Translations under genes and position numbers: made by a program
Part shown: positions 53,666-64,000 of the stretch, in pieces
Position numbering within the stretch: position 1 is the stretch's first letter
How the letters are laid out: each line of letters starts with the position of its first letter
The notes under the pieces: generated by a model
Seen by the model: only the letters and a program-made list of their open reading frames with translations
What the model was told of the DNA's origin: nothing
Databases searched by the model: none
Origin: Stegostoma tigrinum
Taxonomy: Eukaryota
Direction of reading: 5' to 3'
Assembly: GCF_030684315.1 (NCBI RefSeq)
Contig: NC_081368.1
Location: forward strand, 23,865,899-23,929,898
Length of the DNA stretch: 64,000 nt

Positions 53666-53840
53666 GAGATAATGGGAACTGCAGATATTGGAGAATCCAA
53701 GATAACAAAGTGTGTAGCTGGATGAACACAGCAGGCCAAGCAGCATCTCAGAAGCACAAGAGCTGAAACATCAGCTTTTGTGCTCCTGAGATGCTACTTG
53801 GCTTGCTGTGTTCATCCAGCCCCACACTTTGTTATCTATG
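53666..53840. mobile_element. Fold-back PLE family A insertion with 10-bp TSD
   Basis: TSD gaatctgtca at 53656-53665 and 53841-53850; ~67-bp arms 53700-53766 / 53771-53837 separated by only 4 nt. Confidence 0.88.
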
Positions 53841-53904
53841 GAATCTGTCATTGGGTTTAAGAATGTATGAAAATTACTTTTAAGTTTAATTACATTGCAC
53901 CAGT

Positions 53905-54215
53905 GGCGGCGTGGTGGCTCAGTGGTTAGCACTGCAGCCTCACAGTGCCAGGGACGTGGGTTCGCTTCCAGCCTCGGGAGACTGTGTGTGGAGTTTGCAC
54001 ATTCTCCCCGTGTCTGCGTGGGTTTCCTCCGGGTGCTCCAGTTTCCTCCCACAGTCCAAAGATGTGCAGACTGGGTGGATTAGACATGCTAGATTGCCTG
54101 TTGTTTTCAGGGGTGTGTGGGTTATTGGGGGATGGGTCTGGGTGGGATGCTTCAAGGGGCATGTGGACTTGTTCGGCCGAAGGGCCTGTTTCCACACTGT
54201 AGGGAAGCTAATCTA
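53905..54215 (+). mobile_element. Full-length HE1-like V-SINE
   Basis: A-box TGGCTCAGTGG 53915-53925, B-box GGTTCGCTTCC 53959-53969, V-domain tgtggagtttgcacattctccccgtgtctgcgtgggtttcctccggg, LINE-like tail. Confidence 0.92.
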
Positions 54216-54482
54216 AATCAATTGTGAAGTGATCAATTATAATCTTCTTTGATAATAACTAATACTGGTCCACATAAGCCAATGCCTGTTGACCTGGAAG
54301 CAGGAAAGAAGCTAAGAGAAAAGCTGTGTGGCTGGCAGTCACAAAGGAGAACAGCAGATACAGAAGATGGCTGCAAACAGAGGTGCTGGAAGGTGAAGAT
54401 GATTAAAGCACAGATGTAGACACAAAGGAAAAGAAGGCAGAAAAAGAAAGAAGAGCTGTGAATTCTTGTGAGGGGTACAAGA

Positions 54483-54572
54483 GAAGGGTCTAGGCCCAAA
54501 ACGTCAGCCTTCCTGCTCCTCTGATGCTGCTTGGCCTGCTGTGTTCATCCAGCTGTACACCTTGTTATCTCA
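54483..54572 (+). mobile_element. PLE family A terminal fragment (tail-less)
   Basis: gaagggtctaggcccaaaacgtcagc...cttgttatctc. Confidence 0.8.
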
Positions 54573-54669
54573 GGAGGAGATTGGGTTTTATGTTTAGCAG
54601 TAAAGGAGAGAGGAGTTTTTAGAGTTTAAAGAAGCCCAGTTGCAGGAAAGTTGTGCATTCAGCTCAGAG

Positions 54670-54850
54670 ATAGAAACCTACAGTGTGGAAGCAGGCTATT
54701 TGGCCCATCCATTCCACTCCAAACCCCAAAAAACCCAGACCCACCCTATATCTTATGTTTGCATTTCCCACCCTAGACACAATGGCACATCTTTGGACCA
54801 TGGGAAGAAACTGAAGCACCTGGAGGAAACCCACACATACATGGGGAGAG
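54670..54850 (-). mobile_element. V-SINE fragment
   Basis: Reverse complement of the V-domain and tail (ctacagtgtggaagcaggc...ggaggaaacccac). Confidence 0.8.
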
Positions 54851-55439
54851 ATTCTAAACAGCTGTAAGCAATGCTCTAAGTACACATGCGCAGATAGTGC
54901 ATTTAGCTGCTAAAGTGCTCAAAACACCAAGGAAAATTCCATCACAGGATGACCAAGCAGAGAATAGACAACTTTGCAAACAGAATTTGACAGAACTGAC
55001 AGAATTGGCGACGAGCTTCTCCTCTTATCTTAGGCTATTTCACACCCATGCTTGCAACTGCTAGCTTCATGAAACATACTGGTGATAGCACTGTACCTTT
55101 TAAACTCAAAGATGAAAGCTGTTGTCAGATAGGACCCCTGACCTCTCCAGGGTATATAAAGTGCAATATATTCTGGAACTGTGTAGCTATGTAGCATAAC
55201 ATCTGTGTGAGGAGTGATGTGACTGCTAATAGTGAAGCATGACATACCTTTGTTGTATCAACTAACTTTATTATTTGAAGTATCATTTCCCTGTTAATTC
55301 ACGTGTAATTTACGTTAGTTTTGACTTATGCTGAAGTAAGAAGAAGTCTTAAAATCTTATTGATTTTTTTAAAAAATTGGTCATTTTGGTTTACAGCTCC
55401 CCATTGGGATCATGATAAACACCACGACTGACCAATCTA

Positions 55440-57070
55440 ACTAAGTCCTGAAGTTGTTGAGAGAACCAACAAGAGGAAAACATCTGATTAACCTCATCCT
55501 CACCAATCTACCTGTCACACATGCATCTGGGCATGATAATATTTGCAGATGTGAGTACCACACAGTCCTTGTGGCCTTTAAATCATGGTATTGTGTAGCT
55601 ATCCATGGGACACAATGAGTCAGCAACAGAGTTTCATTTAGTCAAGAACTGTAATTCACAACCTGGCATATCCCTCACTAAACATTACCATGAAGCCAGG
55701 AGCAGCACCAAAAATGAGGTGCCAATGAGTGAAGCTGAAACACCTACAAGGTGTACATGTGTGATGGATGGTGGATGGAGCATAATAAAGACAAAACTAG
55801 GTGATCCCAAAGCCAACATTCCAGTGGAAATACTGAATATTTGTGCTCCAAAGCTATCTGTACAATTAGCGAAGCTATTCCTACAGAGGAACAATGTTGG
55901 CATCTAACTGATAATGTGGAAAATGGCCCAGTTATTTCCTCTCCATAAAAAGCAGTGAAAATCTGGCCTGGCCAATTTACTGGTTAATCAAATTACTCTC
56001 AATAATGAAGAAAATGAAGGAAGGGTCATCAACAATGTTATCAAAATGCCCTTGCTCATCGATGCTCAACTTGGGTTCCACCAGGGACACTCAGCTCATT
56101 ATTTGTTCCAGGCATAAGCAAAATATCTGATTTCCAGAGGTGTGATGATTCTGACTACTCTTGATATCAAGCCAGACTTTGATTGAGTGTAGTATCTAGG
56201 AGCCCTAGCAAAACTAGAGCCAATAGGAATCAGTAGGAAAAGTTTCCACTGCTTGGAGAATATCTAGCACAAAGAAAGATAGTTACGGTGTTGAAGGCCA
56301 ACCAGCTTACACCCAGGAGATCTCTGCAGGTGTTCCTCAGTGTAGTGTCCTGACAGCACATGTTACACCATCTTCAGCCACATCATCAATGATCTCTTTT
56401 CCAATAGAAAATTAAAACTGGCGATATCTCCTAATATTTCCACAATATTCAGTATTATTTACAACTCTCCAGATTCTGAAATAGCTTCTAACCCATGTAT
56501 TGTGGTTCTCTAGGTACAAAGGTCATCATTCTATTAACCTTTTTAAATTATATTCTCGTCCCCTGATTCCCCTGCCTCCCATCCACAAGGCACAAATCAG
56601 GAGTGTGATAGAATGCTTTCCACCTGTCTGGATAAGTGCAGTTCCAAAAATACTCAAGAAATTCAACATTTTCCCATAAGAAAACAGCTCAGAATCACAT
56701 CCATTTCTTTTACTATTCACTGCCGCAAATTGCAGTATCTATACCCTCTACAAGAAGTATTGCTGTCTCTAGCCTAATGTACCCATGCCAATTAATACCT
56801 AGTAGGAAAGAGCAGCAGGTGCAGGGGAACACCACCACCCGGAAGCTCCCTGCCAATCACACATTGTCCAGTCTTGCAAATGTCCCACTGTTCCTTCACA
56901 GTGGCTCAGTGAAAATTGTGACACATCTTCTCTAAAAGCACTGTGGATCTAACTATGACACATGGACTGCAGCAGTTCAAAAAGGTAGCTGAATATTAAC
57001 TCTCAATGTCAATCAGGGATGGAAAATAAATGTTAACCTTGTGAGCATCCTGCACATTCTTTACATGAAT
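55440..57070 (+). mobile_element. Family X LINE, decayed
   Basis: ILTNLPV relic, NIPVEILNICAPKLSVQLAKLF, GVPQCSVL and the family 3' end. Confidence 0.72.
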
Positions 57071-58211
57071 TAGAACATAGAACATAGAACAGTACAGCAC
57101 AGAACAGGCCCTTCAGCCCACAATGTTGTGCCGACCATTGATCCTCATGGATGCACCCTCAAATTTCTGTGACCATATGCATGTCCAGCAGTCTCTTAAA
57201 TGACCCCAATGACCTTGCTTCCACAACTGCTGCTGGCAACGCATTCCATGCTCTCACAACTCTCTGCGTAAAGAACCTGCCTCTGACATCCCCTCTATAC
57301 TTTCCACCAACCAGCTTAAAACTATGACCCCTCGTGCTAGCCATTTCTGCCCTGGGAAATAGTCTCTGGCTATCGACTCTATCTATGCCTCTCATTATCT
57401 TGTATACCTCAATTAGGTCCCCTCTCCTCCTCCTTTTCTCCAATGAAAAGAGACCGAGCTCAGTCAACCTCTCTTCATAAGATAAGCCCTCCAGTCCAGG
57501 CAGCATCCTGGTAAACCTCCTCTGAACCCTCTCCAAAGCATCCACATCTTTCCTATAATAGGGCGCCCAGAACTGGACGCAGTATTCCAAGTGCGGTCTA
57601 ACCAAAGTTTTATAGAGCTGCAACAAGATCTCACGACTCTTAAACTCAATCCCCCTGTTAATGAAAGCCAAAACACCATATGCTTTCTTAACAACCCTGT
57701 CCACTTGGGTGGCCATTTTAAGGGATCTATGTATCTGCACACCAAGATCCCTCTGTTCCTCCACGCTGCCAAGAATCCTATCCTTAATCCTGTACTCAGC
57801 TTTCAAATTCGACCTTCCAAAATGCATCACCTCGCATTTATCCAGGTTGAACTCCATCTGCCACCTCTCAGCCCATCTCTGCATCCTGTCAATGTCCCGC
57901 TGCAGCCTACAACAGCCCTCTACACTGTCAACGACACCTCCGACCTTTGTGTCGTCTGCAAACTTGCTGACCCATCCTTCAATTCCCTCGTCCAAGTCAT
58001 TAATAAAAATTACAAACAGTAGAGGCCCAAGGACAGAGCCCTGTGGAACCCCACTCACCACTGACTTCCAGGCAGAATATTTTCCTTCTACTACCACTCG
58101 CTGTCTTCTGTTGGCCAGCCAATTCTGTATCCAAGCAGCTAAGTTCCCCTGTATCCCATTCCTCCTGACCTTCTGAATGAGCCTTCCATGGGGAACCTTA
58201 TCAAATGCCTT
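57071..58211 (-). mobile_element. Young 5'-truncated CR1 (HER1-like) LINE with open RT C-terminus
   Basis: Open frame from AFDKVPHGRL through SGVPQGSVLGP and KFADDTK to stop at 57159; 3' UTR ends in (GTTCTAT)n tandem tail at 57071-57090. Confidence 0.95.
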
Positions 58212-58249
58212 AATAATTATAAACTAATTATATGGACAGTTAGAAGATA

Positions 58250-60420
58250 TTCAAGGAAGCTCCATATAACAGACTGGTAGTTGTAGCTGATGCAGAATGA
58301 GAAAGAGAGTAGGAATAATGAACAGCTTCTTTAATTGGCAGGATGCACTCAGTGGTGTCTTGCAAGGATGCATGGAGGCTTCATCATGTCTGATTAAATT
58401 AGTAGAGCATTTTGAAGACATCTCAGCCAGAGTGGATAGAGGGGAACATGTAGATGCGTTGTATTTGGACTTCCAGAAAGTTTTAAACAAGATACCTCAT
58501 ATAAATTTAAGTCATAAGGTAGGAGTCCATGGTGTTGGAGGTGACGTAGACAGAAAATTGGCTAATGGGCAAGAAACAGTGAATGGGAATAAGGGGTTCT
58601 TATCTGGGATCTTTGTACCTAGTTGTAACAGGACCTGAAGGAAAGAAATGAATGTACTATACCAAATTTACAGGTGACATGAACATAGGTCAAAAGTGAA
58701 GTTGTGAGAAGGATAAAAACAGTTTACAGACAGACATCCGTAAGTTAAGTAAGTGGGCAAAAGTTGGCAAATAGAGTGTAACATAGGAAAATATGAAGTT
58801 GTTCATTTTGGAAGAGAGAATAAAAGAATGGTGCATTATTTAAATGGAGAAAAGTTGCAGAAAGCTGCAGCACAAAGGGACTCGGGAATACCTATGCACA
58901 CATCACAGAAAGCTAGCACAAAGGTGCAGCAGGTGACCAGGTACGATAATGTACTTTTGTTCCTTATTTCAAGGAAGTTGAAGCATAAGAGGAGGGAATT
59001 CTTACTACAACTGTATAAGGTGCTGGTCCATCTACATCTGGAGTACTCTATGCCACTTTGGTCCTTATATTTAAGAAAATATATTATTTCATTGGAGGCA
59101 GTTCAGACAAGCTTCACTAGGATGACCCCTGGTATGAGGGATTGTCTTATAAGCAAAGGTTAAACAGGTTGGGACTTCACTCACTGGAATTTAGAAGAAG
59201 GAGAGGTGATTCCATTGAAACATATAGGATCCCTAAGGGGAGTAAATGCTGAAGAGTGTTACACCTCATGGGAACATCTAGAATCAGAGGGCATAGTTTC
59301 AGAAGTAAGGAATGCCAATTTAAGACAGAGATGTGGAAGAATTTCTTCTCTTAGAAGATTTGTGTGTCTTGGAATTTCTTGCCATAGAAAGCTGTGGGTG
59401 TGGGGGAGGCGCGGAGAAGTCCTTGTGTGTATTGAAGACTTGAGATGGAAAGATTTCTGATCAATAGGAGAATCAAGAGTTACAGGGAAATGACAGGAAA
59501 GTGAATGTGAGGAGTGTTGATCTGATCAGCCATGAACCTATTGAGTGGTGGAGCAGGCTTGGGGGGCCAATGGCTAGACCTGTTCCCATTTCTTACGGTC
59601 TTATGTCTTAACTAGTCACTGCACTTATCATTCACTTACATGAAAGGATAAAAAGGCACATGTTCAAATTTTCCAATGATGAAATTAGCAAGTATTTAAA
59701 TAGTTTAACATTAAAAAGATATTGTCAGATCAAATGAATGGGAAAACTGTGGCAAATAGGTTTCAGAGTAGCTATGAGGTCATCTACATTGGATCTAGAA
59801 AAGGATCTATAAAACAGTATTTTCTAAAATATGAAAACCTAGAAAAAGTGATGGTTAATTAAAACTTGGGGTCCAGATAGATTTTCATCATGTCATGAGC
59901 AGGTATAAAAAGTAAATTAAGAAGATTAACAGAATGCTGCCCTTTATATCTAGAGGACCATAACACAAGGTCAGAAGCTATGCTTCATTCATAGAGTTCT
60001 GCTCAAGCACCTGAAGCAGTATTAGTAATTCTGGACACCAATTTTCACAAATTCCAGATTCCCTGGAATTTAGACGACTTCCAAGATGTTATGTAGAATT
60101 AGCTAAGTAGGTAGAGAGAAACTATTTTTGCTGGTGTAGAAGTATAAGTCTTGTGAGCATAGTCTAAAAACTAGAGTTAGACCTTTGGGAGTGAAATTAG
60201 GAAACTTGCCTTCATACAAAGGGCAGCAGCCATTTGGGAGGCCTCTTTCTCATCCAGCATTTGATGCTAGATGATCGGCTTTAAAACTGGTTTGTAGATT
60301 GGAGTAAGCAGTAGCCATACAGGATATTAAGTAAATCTTGGCAAAAACCAAATTACTGATCAGCCATGGTGTCACTGGAATAGGCTGAAAAGATTAAAAA
60401 GCTTATCTCTGTTCAAATCG
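58250..60420 (+). mobile_element. Two decayed CR1 RT/3' fragments in tandem
   Basis: VDALYLDFQKVLNKIPH, YEVVHFGREN, LLQLYKVLVHLHLEY; 3' ends at ~59610 and ~60415. Confidence 0.8.
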
Positions 60421-60937
60421 GGTTCATCACAAATTACATGCTGTGAATGTCCAAAATAGTTTAAATGAGCTAACCTTAAATAACAAAACTTCAATTGGAA
60501 TCCACATGGAATGAGTCTGAGCTGGAGGCAGTCACTGAGAAAACATCAAATTATGTGATACCAACTGGTATTTTGGGCACGAGTATGATGATCATCTTAC
60601 AAATTGCATTTCTGATGCTATTGCATGAGAACTATGTTACTGGCACTAATGTTATACAATAAGATTTTCATTGTTAAAGAACAAATGTAATCATTTATGA
60701 ACATAAAAATTAGGAACAGAAGTAGATCATCAAAACTTGCTCCAGCTTTCCATAAGATCATGTCTAATCTGTTTGAATTCCACATTTCCATCTACCCTGT
60801 TAAACTAACAAAGTCTACGTGCACCTTAAAAATATTCAATATCCACACCTTTACCAATTTTTGAGGCAGAGAGTTCCAAAATCTCTCAAACCTCTGAGAA
60901 AATAATTCCATCTCGCATTATTCCTGTTAAAGGTACT

Positions 60938-61075
60938 GGAGTTCCGAGGAAGGTTCACTGAACCCAAAATGTTAACTCTGATTTTTCTTCACAGATGCTG
61001 CCAGACCTGCAGAGCTTTTCCAGCAACCTCTGTTTTTGTTTCTGAGTCACGGTATCTGCACTTCTTTCAGTTTTT
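60938..61075 (+). mobile_element. PLE family B terminal fragment with degenerate hammerhead
   Basis: GAGTT-CCGAGGA-AGGTTCACTGAACC-CAAAA-TGTT-AACTC; 5-bp stem I retained, core mutated. Confidence 0.7.
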
Positions 61076-62319
61076 CTTTTGTATTGGTTGCCATTGACTT
61101 CTCACCTAAATTGCCTTTCAAACAGGTTCAATTTTCAAGGTTCATTTAAAAATTATATAGATTTTCATATCTAAGATTTGTCTTTTTATCAAGTTGGCAG
61201 TGTCATAGGTGTCGCCTATTCAATCAGATATTCCACCACTAAACCAGCAAACCAATCTTCTTTGATAACCAATTTTCTTGCCTGACACTATTAGACAAAT
61301 GACACCACTGCAATTTGCACACAGACATGTAATAAAATAAAAACATAAAATGAATCTCAAGAATGACAAGATCATTTTATCTTCAAATTCCTGACTTCAT
61401 CAGCACTCCAGGAAACATTTAGCTTCACAGCACAATATAAATAATGAAGTCAGTCCTCTTTGGATAGGTACAAGATTAAAAATACACTAAAGTCATAATA
61501 GAGTACGTGAGCAGATTTTTAAGATAAAACATGCCTTTGTTAGCAAGGCTAGTACACTAGTCAGATGCATTGTGGGCTCCCAGGTTGGGACACCCTATCA
61601 AATGCAATGCCATTATGATCTTTTGAAAGCGCTGCGCACACAAACAGAATGTAATACACTGCGTTGTAATGTACAGGAACAAAATTGCTTCTGAACCTTA
61701 GACAATACTTGAAGTATTGTGGGCAATTCTATTCTCCAGATTATAAAATAAACTGGGCAAGTTGCAAAAAGGGTTGACCAGAAAGTCACTAGAACTATGA
61801 GGTTATACCTATCAGGAAAGATTGAACACACTGGAAAGCTCTCTTTTGATACAAGTGAGTTGTATTCCGTTAGAGACCCTTAATGTTATGATGTAATAGA
61901 CACAGAAAAGATGAGAGTAAAAAATGAGGATGGAATTGTGATGTGCGATTAATCTGTAGCTATTTATTGTGATGCAGACAGCCTATAAACTTTGTGGTGT
62001 TTCCTCATTTAGATGATTGTAGTTTTCAGCCAGCATAAAGTGCACTGCTAAGCAGTTTTATTCCTTAGCAAGGGCGGAAAATTGTCAGAGGTCAGCACAG
62101 TTCAAGCTAGTGTTGTACCTTAAACTACAAGAAATTTTGGTCCAGTAACCATATTATATCTTAAGACATTTATTGCTTATTATAAGAACAGCTCCCTTAT
62201 TCTTATGAAGAAAGATCCCTAACTTGACAAATAGGACTATATAAGTCTATTGTTTGTGCCAAGAACATAGCTCTAACACAGACTCTGAAACGCAACATTT
62301 ATAAACTTGAACAGGCTCA

Positions 62320-63190
62320 CAGACATTGACAGCACAGAAGGAGGCCATTCAGTTCATCATGTATGCCCTGGTCAACAAAGATCTGGCAGCCCTAATCCCA
62401 TTTTCCAGCTTTGGACTAAAGCCTTGGAGTCCATGGCAATATAAGTGAAAACTATTACTAAAATGTTACAAGGGTTTCTGTCTCAATCACCCTTTCAAAG
62501 AATGTGTTCCAGTTCCCAGCTGTCTCTTGAGTTAAAAAAAATCTTCTCTTAGCATTCTCCTTATAACTTTAAATCAATGCCTCTGGGTTATTGAATCCTC
62601 TGCTAATGGAAAGAGTGCCTTCCGATCCACCCTATCTAAGCCCCTCATAATCATTTATATCTCTATTAGTTCCCCTCTCAACTTTCACTGCTTCAAGGAA
62701 AGCAACCAAAGTCCATCCAATCTTTCACCGTTTCTCAGACTCTAGTCCAGGTGGAATCCTGGTAAATCTCATCTGCATCCTCTCTAATGTGAGTATATCC
62801 TCCCTAATGTGGTGACTATAAGTGCACGCAGTAGACCAGTGTAGCCAAACTAGCATTTTATACAGTTTCTCTTTGTGCTTGTATTCAATGCCTCAGATAA
62901 TAAGGGTCAGTCGGTCTTCATAACCACCTTATCCATCTGTACTGCAAACTTCATCAATATGTGCATCAAGGTCCCTCTGAACTGCAATACTTTCCAGGGT
63001 CCTAACATTTAGAGTGTAATCCCTTGCTTTAGTCTTCCCAAGTGCATTACCTCATAATTTTCTGGGTTGAATTCAATTTGACCTCCGCTGGACATGTGAC
63101 AACACTTTTCATACCCTCCTGCAGTTTACAGCTGTCCTCACTTTTTGCCACCTTACCAATTTTCATTTCATCCATGAACTTCTTTTCTGA
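62320..63190 (-). mobile_element. CR1 LINE 3' fragment
   Basis: cagcacagaaggaggccattcag end; collinear with the 57071-58211 copy. Confidence 0.8.
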
Positions 63191-63659
63191 CCCTGAGATT
63201 AAGTCCAGAATTCCAGAGTGGAAGTGAGAATGTCAGCCCTTGACATCAAGGCTATATTCAAACAAGTGTGGCATCAAAGAACCCTAGCAAAACTGGAATC
63301 AGTAGGTATTGGGAGCAAATTCTCCGCTGGCTGGAGTCATACCTGGAACATAGGAAGATGGTTGCTGTTGTTGGAAGTCAGTCATTTCTAGATCACGTCA
63401 ACCATGTTTCCCAAACTGAACAAATCCCACTTACCTGCGTTTGGCCCATATCCCTTCAACCTTTCCTATTCATGTACCTATACAAATATCTTTTAAATGT
63501 TGTAACTCTACCTGCATCCACCACGTTCTCTGGCAGTGTCAATGAAGGTAATGCTTTTGATGTGATTTACGTGGACATTAACAAGACTTTTCATAAGGTC
63601 CTTCAGCACACTCTGGTCAAATAAGTAAGAGCCCATGGGATCCAAGGCAAAGGGACACG

Positions 63660-64000
63660 ATGTACTGGCCTGAAGGTGAGGTTGAAACAATGCAGTTCCA
63701 AGACCTCCCCACCCCAGCGTACACCTAGCAAATTTTCAGGCTATTAAAATTAAAATGGTCGAACTCAGATCTGGACTCACCTTCCAGAGGAAACTGACAG
63801 ACTGTTGTGTGCTCTGTTTAACGGAGACTTGGCTCTCCCCTGCCATTCCTGACAAGCTGATGGGTTCTCCATACATTGATGGAATGCACGGCGCTCTTGG
63901 TTAAGGCAAAGTGCAGTGGGGCATGCTTCCTGAGCAACACCTCCCGGTACTTGGACACAGTGACCCTGGCAAGCCATTACTCCCCAAACCTAAATTACCT
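63660..64000 (+). mobile_element. Rex1/Babar LINE endonuclease relic
   Basis: KMVELRSGLTFQRKLTDCCVLCLTETWLSPAIPD, typical of the Rex-Babar APE domain N-terminus. Confidence 0.72.

Noticed and set aside
53895-54216. Overlapping ORFs and a possible tRNA gene
   Set aside because: All inside a V-SINE; tRNA-derived head only, not a complete tRNA.
57591-58176. Plus-strand ORFs of 143 and 171 aa
   Set aside because: Antisense frames of the CR1 RT.

Overview
Eukaryotic, repeat-dense vertebrate DNA, most likely a shark (inferred from HE1/V-SINEs, CR1 LINEs and Penelope-like elements). The only host gene I can support is AMMECR1: its first coding exon lies on the minus strand (18162-18451) in a CpG island, 1-18161 is presumably intron 1 (no later exon recognised), and the rest is upstream/intergenic. 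The remainder is decayed transposable elements: three families of Penelope-like elements (PLEs; RT + GIY-YIG), CR1 LINEs (one young copy with an open ~350-codon RT end), a second CR1/L2-group LINE, L2, Rex-Babar, V-SINEs, a Tigger/pogo element, hAT-like MITEs, a solo LTR and a Harbinger-type Myb/SANT gene relic with its intron. The most notable structure is a set of minimal hammerhead-ribozyme motifs in three PLE end families, and four ~180-190-bp fold-back PLE-end insertions with 10-15-bp target-site duplications (TSDs) in which one arm always lacks the terminal tail. Boundaries of old repeats are approximate (tens of bp); family names come from motif recognition, not database searches.
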